The notes beneath the pieces are model-generated. The model was given only the letters and a program-made list of their open reading frames with translations, did no database searches and had not been told where the DNA came from. Shown here piece after piece: positions 29,770 through 40,166 of a stretch of DNA of 64,000 bases (the first letter of the stretch is position 1; every line of letters starts with the position of its first letter). The stretch is from the IMG/VR virus record IMGVR_UViG_3300010885_014582, positions 30,014-94,013 of that record, one strand, 5' to 3'. Source of the stretch: a virus. Position numbers and translations under genes: made by a program.

Positions 29770-30894
29770 TTAGGGATTAGTTAACTCTTCTATTTTAGCC
29801 TCTAATTCAGACACTTTCTGGGACAGTTCCTGTATGGATTTTACTGCCAAGGCTATTATGGCATGGTGTTTCCACATTTGTGGTTCCGTGCCATTTTCTC
29901 CCTCTTCATGGTGAATAAGGTCTGGATTAACTTCTTGTATTTCTTCGACAATAAAACCATATTGGCGTTGGGTTCTTCTACAAAATACTTCATATGGCTC
30001 ATCCATTGAAGTGTGTTCTTCTTTGAAGATAAAGGTTCGTGGTCGTAAATTGTTAATTATACTTAAACCATTATTTAAGTCTTCTATTTGCTCTTTATGG
30101 TCACGCAACGAAGACACTGCATTGAAACGGATTCCATAGGCAGGGGAACCAGTAACAGATAGCCTTACTAAAGCATTAAGAGAAGATGAAGATGGCGGGT
30201 TGTAAATAAATTCATTTAGGCTCAATGTCCCGTTGCTTGTTACATTATTGAAAGTGACATTGCTTGTAGTGTCAAGTGCTTGGTTAGCACCTGGACCTGC
30301 GGGACCTGAAGGTCCAGATGGACCTGCACCGCCGTTTGTACCATTTGTACCATTTGTACCATTTGTACCAGCCACACCACTGACACCTTGTGCACCTTGT
30401 GCACCTGATGGACCTGCTACACCTTGTGGACCTGATGGACCTGATGGACCTGATGGACCTTGAGGTCCTGATGGACCTGCTACACCTTGAGGTCCAGTAG
30501 GACCTGATGGTCCACCAGGTGTTCCACTGACTCCTGAGACACCTTGAGGTCCAGTTGCACCTGTAGGACCTGAAGGACCACTTGGACCTTGGATACCTTG
30601 AGGACCAGAAGGTCCGCTTGGACCTGAAGGACCAGAAACAGTCGATGGTGTACCGCTAACTCCCTGAGGACCACTGGGTCCTGAGGGGCCAGACGGTCCA
30701 GGAACAGTAGAACCTGGACCTGTTGGTCCTGCGGGTCCTGATGAATAGGCAAGCGCTGTCCATGCACTAGCACCATTGCCTACTTTAAATTTACCTGTGT
30801 CAGTTTCCGAACCTAGTTCACCAGCAGCAAGAGTTGGGTTTGCAGCAGTCCATTGAGCGGCTGTTCCCCTACGAAGTTGTATTTTAATAGGCAC
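29770..30894 (-). CDS. Collagen-like tail fibre with Mtd-N-like head and S74 chaperone
   Basis: [24 protein letters not shown]; long GPS/GPQ repeats; SLRDHKEQI...YGFIVEE. Confidence 0.85.
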   Translation of the reverse strand: MPIKIQLRRGTAAQWTAANPTLAAGELGSETDTGKFKVGNGASAWTALAYSSGPAGPTGPGSTVPGPSGPSGPSGPQGVSGTPSTVSGPSGPSGPSGPQGIQGPSGPSGPTGATGPQGVSGVSGTPGGPSGPTGPQGVAGPSGPQGPSGPSGPSGPQGVAGPSGAQGAQGVSGVAGTNGTNGTNGTNGGAGPSGPSGPAGPGANQALDTTSNVTFNNVTSNGTLSLNEFIYNPPSSSSLNALVRLSVTGSPAYGIRFNAVSSLRDHKEQIEDLNNGLSIINNLRPRTFIFKEEHTSMDEPYEVFCRRTQRQYGFIVEEIQEVNPDLIHHEEGENGTEPQMWKHHAIIALAVKSIQELSQKVSELEAKIEELTNP

Positions 30895-31211
30895 TACACA
30901 CCACCTGCGTTAATCTCATCGATCCCAACATATGAAGAATCAGGGAATCCCCCATCCATATTAGACGAAGAACTAGCGGCTGGTTCTATTTGAACCCAAA
31001 ACACATTAGTCAAGTTAGCATCATCCGATGTAACCACGATCTGCTCACCAATATCTGGGACAGCCCATGGGTCTCTACGCCCAATATATGAGATAGATAC
31101 TTCGGAGTTAGCCCCCAGCAATGATGGAATCTTTACACGGATTTCACCAGTGGCGGTACTGGAATAAGTAACTAGCGCCCTGTGGACAGGGGGTGTGTTT
31201 GAACTGTGCAT
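30894..31211 (-). CDS. Short gp5/gpV-like spike OB-fold protein
   Basis: [12 protein letters not shown]...[10 protein letters not shown]...NVFW; no beta-helix follows. Confidence 0.6.
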   Translation of the reverse strand: MHSSNTPPVHRALVTYSSTATGEIRVKIPSLLGANSEVSISYIGRRDPWAVPDIGEQIVVTSDDANLTNVFWVQIEPAASSSSNMDGGFPDSSYVGIDEINAGGV

Positions 31212-31352
31212 TTACTCTTCTGTGTCAGGCGTTTCGCCCATTGGGGTTGCTTGCATACGCTGTAATGCTGCCTTGTAAGCGATATTTTCCAAGGTAAGGC
31301 GCTTTACTTCGTCAAGTAGTCCGTTGATGAGGTCATCAGTTTGTAATTCCAT
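31212..31352 (-). CDS. Small coiled-coil protein (46 aa)
   Basis: Hand-translated MELQTDDLINGLLDEVKRLTLENIAYKAAL... Confidence 0.55.
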   Translation of the reverse strand: MELQTDDLINGLLDEVKRLTLENIAYKAALQRMQATPMGETPDTEE

Positions 31353-32421
31353 TTAAGGTTCCTTCTTTGATTTCATAGAATCCTTTGCCCCAGAGAGACA
31401 AAAGACGGTTGAAGTATCTATCATACAGCAAAGCGTTGGCATCTAGCCCAAAGCGGTTAACTGCGTACTCTCTAATGGCTTTGCGGTCAAGGCTTGGTGC
31501 CTTTTCAGCAGCCTCAATAAATTCCTGCAATGTCCGACAACGGAAGCCACTAACTCCTTGAACTACATTCTCAGGGAAAGCACCCCAGTCTGTGGTAATT
31601 ACAGGAGTGCCACATGCCATGGCTTCAGCCACAACTAACCCAAATGGCTCGGTGTAGATGGTGGGGGCAAATGAGGCTATTGCGCCACCCATTAGTTTGG
31701 CTCGTTCTTCTGTACCCACGACTCCTACATATTCTCCGTAGTCGGGAACTGTTCCTTGTCCAGCAATGATCAACCGCTTACCAAGGTGCCTACAAACATC
31801 TACTGCCACCTGGTAGCCCTTACGGTCAATCAATCGACCCATGAAAAGGTAGTAATCATCGGGAGTCTCTCTAAAGGGGAAATCCTTGATGTCAACATGA
31901 CCTGGGATTACATCGTCAAAAAACTGACCATCCACATCGTGGGGGTTATTAGTTGCTGCTCCATAACAGACATGCATCCATGCGTATGACTCAAACACCT
32001 TGTACTTGGCAAAGGTTCCACCGTAACCAACTTCGAACTCTACGGTCATGTGGTTAGGAAAGGCATCAGCAATTACTTTGTGTGCCCTTCCTCCAATAAC
32101 GCAAATAAAGTCTTTGGGCTGGATCCTTTTGCCTATTTCCTCGATTGCAGTGTTGTTGAACTTTACCCAATGAGGCAGAGCGTAGTCAAAGGAGGCAAGG
32201 GAATAGTGTTTGCCCTCTAGGGAGTCAAGGCGCTCCTGCTCGGAAATGCACATGATGTTCTCATCACAAGGCGCATCAGTAAATTCCCCACCATAAAGAA
32301 AAACCTCATGGTTGAGAGATTTCATCATAATTGCAAATTTACGAACATTCTCAGTAAAAGCGCAAGCCGTGAAATCTAGGGTCGTATTAGCGTGGGGTAA
32401 ACCAACTACATGAAATCTCAT
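31336..32421 (-). CDS. GT-B (family 4-like) glycosyltransferase
   Basis: FMGRLIDRKG, EPFGLVVAEAMACGTPVI. Confidence 0.93.
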   Translation of the reverse strand: MRFHVVGLPHANTTLDFTACAFTENVRKFAIMMKSLNHEVFLYGGEFTDAPCDENIMCISEQERLDSLEGKHYSLASFDYALPHWVKFNNTAIEEIGKRIQPKDFICVIGGRAHKVIADAFPNHMTVEFEVGYGGTFAKYKVFESYAWMHVCYGAATNNPHDVDGQFFDDVIPGHVDIKDFPFRETPDDYYLFMGRLIDRKGYQVAVDVCRHLGKRLIIAGQGTVPDYGEYVGVVGTEERAKLMGGAIASFAPTIYTEPFGLVVAEAMACGTPVITTDWGAFPENVVQGVSGFRCRTLQEFIEAAEKAPSLDRKAIREYAVNRFGLDANALLYDRYFNRLLSLWGKGFYEIKEGTLNGITN

Positions 32422-32433
32422 GCTGGAATACTA

Positions 32434-33444
32434 TCAGGAACCTTTAAGTGTGTCTACTTCTAGTTTAAGGTCTGCTACCTGAGAAGACAGTTCTTTTACG
32501 GCTGATACAAGCAATGAAATAACATCGTTTGTTTTCCACATGATTGCTTTACGAGAGCCATCTGTGTCGGGGATATAATGAAGAAGGTCGGCTGATACTT
32601 CTTCTATTTCTTGGACTATAAAACCGTGTTCTGTGTAGTCACGGTGTAATCCTTTTTCAAACTCTGGGTCATCAGGTGCATCGTTCCATTTGAATGTGCG
32701 TGGTCGCAATTGATTAACTATTTCTAAACCATTGTCAAAATCAGCAATGTCATTTTTTAGTTCTCTGCGTGAACTGCTTACTCTCACAGCACCATTTGAT
32801 ACCCTTATTAAAGAAGTACCAGAGCCAGTAGTGGAAGAGTATGAACCAATCAAAGAAATTTCTGCGTTAGTAGCATAAATTATTGGTGTATCAATACCAC
32901 TTTGAATCTGCCATAGACCAGCATTGCGCAAAATGTTAGACCCTTCATCTGAAAGGCTTGTTGCTGTGTACGAGGTTGAACCAGCAGGACCTTGAATACC
33001 TTGTGGACCTTGAGCACCTGTTCCACCAGCAGCACCTTGTGGACCTTGTGCACCAGTGCCACCCGTGCTTCCTGCTACACCTTGAGGTCCTGATGGACCT
33101 GATGGACCTGCTACACCCTGTGCACCTTGAGGTCCACTAGGACCTGCTACACCCTGAGGTCCAGTTGCGCCCGTAGTACCTTGAGGTCCCGTTGCACCTA
33201 CAGCACCATTGGTCCCTGGCACACCACTCACACCTTGTGGTCCAGATGGTCCAGCAACACTAGAAGGGGTACCACTCACACCTTGTGGTCCTGTAGCCCC
33301 TGCTGGACCACTAGGACCTGTTGCCCCTGTGACACCTAGAGAGTTGACATTGAGCGCCCACTTACCATCTGTAAATGTCCAAGTTTTGCCGCTTACTGTG
33401 TAGTTATCACCAGGCGCAGGGGAGTTTGGGAAATCAATAGCCAT
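32434..33444 (-). CDS. Collagen-like fibre with S74 chaperone
   Basis: MAIDFPNSP N-module, G-X-Y repeats, SRRELKNDI...HGFIVQE. Confidence 0.85.
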   Translation of the reverse strand: MAIDFPNSPAPGDNYTVSGKTWTFTDGKWALNVNSLGVTGATGPSGPAGATGPQGVSGTPSSVAGPSGPQGVSGVPGTNGAVGATGPQGTTGATGPQGVAGPSGPQGAQGVAGPSGPSGPQGVAGSTGGTGAQGPQGAAGGTGAQGPQGIQGPAGSTSYTATSLSDEGSNILRNAGLWQIQSGIDTPIIYATNAEISLIGSYSSTTGSGTSLIRVSNGAVRVSSSRRELKNDIADFDNGLEIVNQLRPRTFKWNDAPDDPEFEKGLHRDYTEHGFIVQEIEEVSADLLHYIPDTDGSRKAIMWKTNDVISLLVSAVKELSSQVADLKLEVDTLKGS

Positions 33445-33478
33445 AAGTAACCAGTTTACCGTATAGGGCTATAGTCGG

Positions 33479-33763
33479 TCAGAGCCACCAAAAGTGTTTA
33501 ATGATTGAGAGACTAGCCAAGATCACCCACGCCACATTGAAAAGGATGATTGTGGGAAGGGTCTTTTCGGTCGATGACCAAATCAGGGCAATGCTTGAAG
33601 CGATGGCAAAGATATAAACCCACCACCATTGGTAACCAAGAAGCAGTCCAGGAAAGATAATGGCAATCTTGGTAGAAAAACCCCATGCTTCCACGATGTT
33701 TGGTTTAGTCCAATATCCTTTGTGGGACATTGTCTTTGTTGCTTGAATTACTTTTTTTAACAT
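33479..33763 (-). CDS. Small multi-pass membrane protein
   Basis: Three hydrophobic segments. Confidence 0.65.
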   Translation of the reverse strand: MLKKVIQATKTMSHKGYWTKPNIVEAWGFSTKIAIIFPGLLLGYQWWWVYIFAIASSIALIWSSTEKTLPTIILFNVAWVILASLSIIKHFWWL

Positions 33764-34872
33764 TAGTTATATGCTATATAAGACAATAATGCTTTTCTTG
33801 CTGCATACATTTCAGGGCGACTTAAATCTTCTGATTGCCAAATATTTGGAAATTCAACTATACTCAGTGCTTCTTTAGGGGTCGCTATCAAGTCGTTAAT
33901 TGATAAAAGTGCGCAATATTTGTATACATCTTTTTCAATAGATACTCGTTCTGTTTCCAGTATGTCTGAATCAATATTTACAGTTCTTGGATGGTTGGCA
34001 ACTAAGGAATTTAAAGAAAGATACCTAACTTTAGACTTTAACCAGTTTTCAAACAATGGACCCACGGTTGTACTTTCCTCAAAATCAAAGCGGGCGTTGC
34101 TCATTCCTTTAAGATACCTGTACAGAGGCATGTCTTCTTGAATGCCAATAAACTCATCCATAATGTCTTGACCTATTTCAAGTTTTTTAAGAAGTTCTGC
34201 ACAGTCAAGTACGATTTCCTCGGTGCTATTAAATGGTTCTTCTTTAAGAGAAGCCCACTCTATGAGCAATTTTATAGCACCTACAAATGACTTGGACATA
34301 CGGGTTACCCCAGGCCAATCTCGATAATCAGTACCTTGCCCAACCATCTTAAAATAAACAATATGAGCATCGCCAACAGAATTTATTAATGGCAAAGAAA
34401 GTTTTATTGTTTGACCATTTACAGTCTCAGGATTTACTGATGATTCTTTTACTCCATCAAGAATAGCGTATGCTTTTCCACCGTATGTTTCAGTGTCACA
34501 CCTTTGTTCATAGGCAATTATAGGGTTGTGGTTACTAGACATTAAGTTTGGCATAGATACGGAGTCTAAAATTGTATATACACCGTCTTCGGTAATGTTT
34601 GATTCGTTGATGTATTCACGAGCAAACTCGTAACACGACCATTGAATCAGTGATTCTTTACCGTTTGATACCAACACATAGTTATACTCAACTTTATAAA
34701 AGTTGAAATCTTTAAAGGCAATTATTGTTTTGTCATCTGCTGTAAATGTGTCATATTCAGTATATTCAATATCGCCATCGGGATAGCGTCTATACAACTT
34801 AAATGCGTCTAGTGATTCATAGACATAGTAACAACCATAAAGAGATACATCGATCTGTGCTGTGTTATTCAT
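33763..34872 (-). CDS. Hypothetical protein
   Basis: 369 aa ORF in the halogenase operon. Confidence 0.7.
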   Translation of the reverse strand: MNNTAQIDVSLYGCYYVYESLDAFKLYRRYPDGDIEYTEYDTFTADDKTIIAFKDFNFYKVEYNYVLVSNGKESLIQWSCYEFAREYINESNITEDGVYTILDSVSMPNLMSSNHNPIIAYEQRCDTETYGGKAYAILDGVKESSVNPETVNGQTIKLSLPLINSVGDAHIVYFKMVGQGTDYRDWPGVTRMSKSFVGAIKLLIEWASLKEEPFNSTEEIVLDCAELLKKLEIGQDIMDEFIGIQEDMPLYRYLKGMSNARFDFEESTTVGPLFENWLKSKVRYLSLNSLVANHPRTVNIDSDILETERVSIEKDVYKYCALLSINDLIATPKEALSIVEFPNIWQSEDLSRPEMYAARKALLSYIAYN

Positions 34873-34875
34873 GTA

Positions 34876-35682
34876 TTAACCTCTTTTAAAGATTTTACTA
34901 AAAATACCTTTTTTGGTATCTTCTTCTTCTAAAGCCTTGTCGACTCGTATGCGTTCACGCCTGTATGGTGCGGCTGTACCTTCGGCTGGCATGATGTGTC
35001 CAAAGCCAAAACCTTTGTTCGCTACATATTTATATGTAGATTCATCAGCCAAAATTACTTTATTAATGTTGTTCTTGCGCTCAAATGGCACCAAATGTGC
35101 CAGAGGTGTTCCATATTTAATGGAGAATTCTTTATCACCAGTTATGTTTAAAACAATATTAGCGGTGTGGTAAAAGTCGGTGTGAACAATAGCGGGCATT
35201 ATTGTGTAGTTAGGGTTTGGTTCCCATAACACTGGCAAGAATAACACCGACCACCCTGGCGCTGTCTCTATTTTCCACGGATTTACTATTTTTGGAAACC
35301 CTGCTTGACTAAATTCAGAAGACCGTATACTTGTTACAGGGCACTCACCTGTTGACTCATACGGAAAACCTTGAATTACTGAAATATCATTATTTTCAAC
35401 TTGAAAACCAAAGTTGTCTGCTCGTGTTTCCCAGTCCCCGCTAGGTCCTGGCCTAAACTTATAGTTTGTCCACGCAGGAATGGTTATTCCAGTGCTGAAG
35501 TAATCATTAATCCCAGCGCAACGGCGAAGAGAGCCTTCACCTTTATGGATACGCTTGAACCACGGGCGCTGTGTTTCTACCGAGTTTTTGTACGGAGGCA
35601 TCTCATTAAGCCTGTTATCGAGAGGGGTAATCCTGATTTCTCCAGGTTTTACTTTTTCTTGCTTATTCATTTTCATAGCCAA
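34876..35682 (-). CDS. DUF6065-like protein (commonly oxygenase-associated)
   Basis: LRRCAGINDYF..G.TIPAW, PWKIETAPGWS, IKYGTPLAHLVPFER. Confidence 0.6.
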   Translation of the reverse strand: MAMKMNKQEKVKPGEIRITPLDNRLNEMPPYKNSVETQRPWFKRIHKGEGSLRRCAGINDYFSTGITIPAWTNYKFRPGPSGDWETRADNFGFQVENNDISVIQGFPYESTGECPVTSIRSSEFSQAGFPKIVNPWKIETAPGWSVLFLPVLWEPNPNYTIMPAIVHTDFYHTANIVLNITGDKEFSIKYGTPLAHLVPFERKNNINKVILADESTYKYVANKGFGFGHIMPAEGTAAPYRRERIRVDKALEEEDTKKGIFSKIFKRG

Positions 35683-37184
35683 TCGTCGTCTACTTTACTA
35701 AGTTGTTGTAGGGCTAGAGCATGGTCAATCAATTCATGATTGTGCCGTTCTTCTCGCATTTGGGCAACAACATTTTCTGTTTCTTGTCTGATGTTTAGTC
35801 TATCAAGAACCCTCGTAGATGGCTCTACTGAGAAAACTCCTTGCCCTTGAGCAACATGCGCCATATGGGGGGTCGCAAACAACTCTGCATGAAGGTGTGG
35901 GACATCGTTTCTAACAGGTGGTCGTTCTGACCATAGATCAAGCAACTCTTGGAGTTCATGGTTTATTGGCATATCCGCCATTGCCGACCAGAATGGGGTG
36001 TCTCGTCGATCACTGTAGTAATGCAATCTAATCATTGTGAGAATATTACGCATAACCTCACTAAACGCCTTATTAAAGTGCTTTTGAGATTTTGTATACG
36101 AAGAATCGTATGACGCCATGTATGGAATCATCATTTTAACTTGTTGGATAGTTGAGCCAATACTCGTTGCTTCTAAAGGCTCGACAAATGATGATGCCAA
36201 TCCAACTGCTACACAGTTGTTTTTCCAAGGCTCATCGAGATACCCAGCGTCAAACTTAATAGACCTGTGCTTATCTATTTTGTATCCAGATATTTCTTCG
36301 GCTTCTTTAACAATCTCTTCTTCCGTGGCAAACTGGGAAGAATACACATAACCATTTCCTCGTCGAGATTGGGTAGGTATTTCCCACACCCATCCGTTCG
36401 TTGCAGCAATTGCACGGGTGTATGGACGAATCTCTCCTGATGGATCAGACTCTGTAGGGAAGGCAATAGAGGAATCACACAAAAGATACTTATTAAATGA
36501 GTTCCACTTAACATCTCCTAGGTTATTCATTAATACTCGTCTAAAACCAGAAGCATCAAACCAAAAGTCAGCGTTTACTACGCTTCCCTCTTCTGTTTTT
36601 ACAGAAGTAATATTCCCATTTTCTTCTTGATTAACTTCAGTTACTGTTCCTTCAATAAACTTAATGCTTCGTTTAAAACACAATTCAGTAAAATACTCGT
36701 TTAATTTGAAGGTATCAAAGTGGTACTGGTTAGTGTTGCGGTGAAGCCCAAGAACCCTAATTTGGTTACGAACAAGCCCTACGCTGGTTGTTTGGTTTGT
36801 AAACAACCTTTCATTCTCTAGGAAACTTGCATAGGTGGCGTGCACTCCCCACCCAAATATTTCATCAACATTTCCTACACTATGGAAGTACCTAGGGATG
36901 TTTTCTGTCCATCCCTCAAACCGAATCCCATATTTATGAGTTGCTCCAGTAGAAACAAGCATGTCCTCAAGAGGAATATCACAATGTTTCATGAACTCTG
37001 ACCAGTGCTCAGTGCTACCTTCTCCAACGCCAATAATGCCAATATCTGAAGATACAACGACAGTTATTTCTGACATTGGGAACGCCTTGCGTAAAAGTAA
37101 CGCTGAAACTAACCCTGCGGTGCCAGCACCGACTATCCCTATAGATAACTGATGAGTAAATTGTTTCTGATTCATTGAAACCAA
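35673..37184 (-). CDS. Flavin-dependent (tryptophan halogenase family) halogenase
   Basis: GAGTAG, IGVGEGS, ATHKYGI (catalytic Lys region), WVWEIP (WxWxIP), FVEPLEATS. Confidence 0.93.
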   Translation of the reverse strand: MVSMNQKQFTHQLSIGIVGAGTAGLVSALLLRKAFPMSEITVVVSSDIGIIGVGEGSTEHWSEFMKHCDIPLEDMLVSTGATHKYGIRFEGWTENIPRYFHSVGNVDEIFGWGVHATYASFLENERLFTNQTTSVGLVRNQIRVLGLHRNTNQYHFDTFKLNEYFTELCFKRSIKFIEGTVTEVNQEENGNITSVKTEEGSVVNADFWFDASGFRRVLMNNLGDVKWNSFNKYLLCDSSIAFPTESDPSGEIRPYTRAIAATNGWVWEIPTQSRRGNGYVYSSQFATEEEIVKEAEEISGYKIDKHRSIKFDAGYLDEPWKNNCVAVGLASSFVEPLEATSIGSTIQQVKMMIPYMASYDSSYTKSQKHFNKAFSEVMRNILTMIRLHYYSDRRDTPFWSAMADMPINHELQELLDLWSERPPVRNDVPHLHAELFATPHMAHVAQGQGVFSVEPSTRVLDRLNIRQETENVVAQMREERHNHELIDHALALQQLSKVDDDWL

Positions 37185-37747
37185 GTTACCATAGAATATT
37201 TGGTTCCACTCGTAACGGGGTGTGCAATGTGCATATACGGAAAGTTGCTAGGAAACAATATTACCGAACCAGCATCTAAGGACACTGTTACATCTAAGTT
37301 TGGAAACTCCAAATGACCACCCTCTTCGGCTGCACCCAAACATGCAATTGCACTAAACACCCGTCGACTGTCTGGGGAGTGATCGTAGTGGGCGTGGTAT
37401 TCAGCAAGCCCAGAATACTTTAAAACTGATATGAGTTCATGACCTGCTCCAGGAAGTTGGTACTCCTCTGCATAGTCATTTACTACTTTTATAAAAGGAT
37501 TATAAATTGCTTCCCTGAATAACTGAGACAACCCAGTGGTTTGGTAAGGTGGAAGCAGAGTAGTCAGCATGCAGGAAAGTGATGTCCTGTGTTGACCAAT
37601 TCTCCCGTTGCCGACTAGAGAAGTATCCCAAGATAGATCTTCGCCAAAGTTGTCTTCTATGTTTTTCTCTAGGGCTTTAATAAACTCTGTTGGTTCAAGC
37701 GCATCTCTATATACAGAGATACATAGACCTGGTTTTTCTACAATCAT
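37172..37747 (-). CDS. 2OG-Fe(II) oxygenase, prolyl-hydroxylase-like
   Basis: HYD...GGHLEF...FPSNFPYMHIAHPVTSGTKYS. Confidence 0.92.
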   Translation of the reverse strand: MIVEKPGLCISVYRDALEPTEFIKALEKNIEDNFGEDLSWDTSLVGNGRIGQHRTSLSCMLTTLLPPYQTTGLSQLFREAIYNPFIKVVNDYAEEYQLPGAGHELISVLKYSGLAEYHAHYDHSPDSRRVFSAIACLGAAEEGGHLEFPNLDVTVSLDAGSVILFPSNFPYMHIAHPVTSGTKYSMVTWFQ

Positions 37748-38166
37748 GATACTTCAAACTTTCCTTCTTGTATAACCCCATGGAGGGAGGAACTTACTAC
37801 GAAACTGTAGATTCCTATCTCGTTAAACCTATCACGGTACTTAACTACATGGCTTTCTTTAAGTTTTGGAGTTAATTCTATTTGGGTGCCAGTAGCACCA
37901 TCTTGGTTGACAACACACTTTAAATCTTTTGGGAACACAATAAATTCATTGGTGTAGTCAATTGGTTGGATAAACCCAACTTCTACAATTTTTTTGTAGT
38001 CAATTGCATGTTTTTCTGGTATTTGAACTACACAAATATCTGTTTCTGAGTCTTCCTCAGTACCAATTCGAACAGGTAGTTGTGTTTCTTTGGCTAGTGC
38101 CAGTGCTTCTTCTGGTATTTTTTCGTCTATGTATAAAGACGCAGGTACATGAATTAATCGTTTCAT
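37744..38166 (-). CDS. Hypothetical protein
   Basis: Coupled ORF in the cassette. Confidence 0.65.
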   Translation of the reverse strand: MKRLIHVPASLYIDEKIPEEALALAKETQLPVRIGTEEDSETDICVVQIPEKHAIDYKKIVEVGFIQPIDYTNEFIVFPKDLKCVVNQDGATGTQIELTPKLKESHVVKYRDRFNEIGIYSFVVSSSLHGVIQEGKFEVS

Positions 38167-38170
38167 GACC

Positions 38171-38413
38171 TTATGATAGCGACTGAATCTTCGCCTTTAC
38201 ACTATTGTAAGCGGTCAACAACTTGCGTAAACGCATAATTTCTCCCTCATACCCTGCGACTGTAGAGTCATCCATAGCGTCTAAATCGCTTGCTTGAAAA
38301 GCATCTGGGTCAAGATTGATTCTCAAAAGAAGATTGTAAATTTCGTGGCTTAGTGCCACCTCTGATCCTTCAAGTGATTGAAGTTTTTGAGCAGATGTAA
38401 GATTGAGTTCCAT
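38171..38413 (-). CDS. Hypothetical protein (possible fibre chaperone)
   Basis: 80 aa, directly after the His-rich fibre gene. Confidence 0.6.
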   Translation of the reverse strand: MELNLTSAQKLQSLEGSEVALSHEIYNLLLRINLDPDAFQASDLDAMDDSTVAGYEGEIMRLRKLLTAYNSVKAKIQSLS

Positions 38414-38421
38414 GGTCTTTC

Positions 38422-40164
38422 CTATGTGTTGAGTAGAACATACGCTGTTCCGCTTCCAGCAGGGTTACCCCCAGCAGCCAAGACGCTTCCGCCTCCTGTG
38501 TTGTATGTGATTGTACCAGAAACGGAATCTGTTACTACAAGGATAGCACCTCCGCCTCCAGGACCTCCATGAGTTCCATTTGGAGCCTGTAAAGCAGGAG
38601 CACCTCTACCAAAGGTAGTTCCGTTGTTTACACCACCAGCACCACCTGTCCAGTGACCATTAGGTTGTGCCGTATGGGTGTTGGGGTTTGCATGGTGAGA
38701 ATGTCGTGCAGCGGTAAAATAACCATTTGAATAAGTGTGTGGTCCGTGGTGGTGACCACCACTAACTTGCATTCCTCCACCTTGGTTAGTTCCATTTCCT
38801 AGGTCGCTACCGTTGGCGTGAGTGTGGGTATGGGGCGGGATGGCTTGACCTGCGTGGATATGACCGTCATGTCCACCAGCATGTTGATGATAGACCCTTC
38901 CTTCAAAATGCCCATAAGTAGCAGGATGAGAGTGTTGGGCAGCATGGTTTGTTTTAGCATTGGTATGGATGACACTGGGCCAGTTGTGGATGTGGGTTAA
39001 CGCACCATGCCCATCATTGGAGTGTGGGTGGTGTGCTCCACCAGTGTGGTGGTAGTGACCAGAGTTATGGTTATGTCCAGGGTAATGCTGTCCGCCGTAG
39101 TGAGAAGCAGGGTTATGAGAAGCGGGGTTATGGTGCGTGTGGTGGTATTTATCGCCACCATCATGTGCTCCAGGATAATGCTGTCCACCATAGTGGGATG
39201 CAGCGTTATGGGATGCACAACAATGTGGGTGTGGGTTAACAATGTGCAGGTGATGGTCAGCAAATCTTGCATAACCATGGTGATGGCTAGGGTTGTGTGT
39301 AGGTGCTACATGGTTTGGAGTAGGAGCCACATGGTAAGCAAGATCTGGTGCTTTAGCGCCATCGGCACCTTGAGTACCAGCATTTCCAGTTGTTCCATTA
39401 GTGGCTGTTCCACCAGTGTTACCTATAGAAATAAACTTTCCTGAGCCAACAATTACCTTTGCGACAACACAAACAACACCACCGCCAAGTCCACCAGCAC
39501 CGCCAGTTCCAGGGGTTCCTGCGGTCCATCCCGTCACATTACCATCTGATGCTGTTGCACCTTTTCCACCAGGAACACTAACTGTGTCTTTGTAAGGGTT
39601 TGCAACGCTGTTTACTGAACCAGTTGCGGAACCTGCTGTTCCAACAGCACCCGCTTTTCCTGACCATGTATCAGAGTTAGTTAATGGGGTTACTGCTGCT
39701 CCATTGGCTCCAGCACCACCAAAACCACCACCTCGTATTGGTGTTACACCAGTAGTGGGGTCTGTAAATACCCCGCCAGACATTGCGTTGATACTTTTAA
39801 ATAAAAAACTTGGAAGAAGTGTGGACGAGTCAGTTCCACCTGCTCCACCAGCACGGTATGTGATTGCGCCAGTTGTATGACCACCGACTGTTCCGTCGGC
39901 AACGGTTGACGCAGCAGGTCCTAATACACCCGCTGGTGCAGTTCCTATGCCAATATAACCATTTAAAGTTAATGTGTTCTTTACAAAGACTCGAAAACCA
40001 TTGGTGTTGAGGACAACACCCGCATCTACGGTTAAGTTTCTGTAGTAAGTATCAGAGGTAATGTTTGTGTTAGTAGTAATGACCACATCGCCGTCAACAC
40101 CTGATCCGTAAACAGCATCATTCGCAATGCGAGCAACGCTCGTTTCAATTCTTGAAATAGCCAT
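38422..40164 (-). CDS. Gly-rich virion fibre with a large His-rich insertion
   Basis: YGSGVDGD...NLT...NGFRVFVK scaffold shared with the 40167..40931 gene; ~230 aa His-rich block. Confidence 0.8.
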   Translation of the reverse strand: MAISRIETSVARIANDAVYGSGVDGDVVITTNTNITSDTYYRNLTVDAGVVLNTNGFRVFVKNTLTLNGYIGIGTAPAGVLGPAASTVADGTVGGHTTGAITYRAGGAGGTDSSTLLPSFLFKSINAMSGGVFTDPTTGVTPIRGGGFGGAGANGAAVTPLTNSDTWSGKAGAVGTAGSATGSVNSVANPYKDTVSVPGGKGATASDGNVTGWTAGTPGTGGAGGLGGGVVCVVAKVIVGSGKFISIGNTGGTATNGTTGNAGTQGADGAKAPDLAYHVAPTPNHVAPTHNPSHHHGYARFADHHLHIVNPHPHCCASHNAASHYGGQHYPGAHDGGDKYHHTHHNPASHNPASHYGGQHYPGHNHNSGHYHHTGGAHHPHSNDGHGALTHIHNWPSVIHTNAKTNHAAQHSHPATYGHFEGRVYHQHAGGHDGHIHAGQAIPPHTHTHANGSDLGNGTNQGGGMQVSGGHHHGPHTYSNGYFTAARHSHHANPNTHTAQPNGHWTGGAGGVNNGTTFGRGAPALQAPNGTHGGPGGGGAILVVTDSVSGTITYNTGGGSVLAAGGNPAGSGTAYVLLNT

Positions 40165-40166
40165 AT

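Noticed and set aside
30290-30740. Tandem 9-bp repeats as a regulatory or contingency locus
   Set aside because: Fully explained by collagen G-X-Y coding repeats; the same applies to 32990-33330 and 41580-42090.
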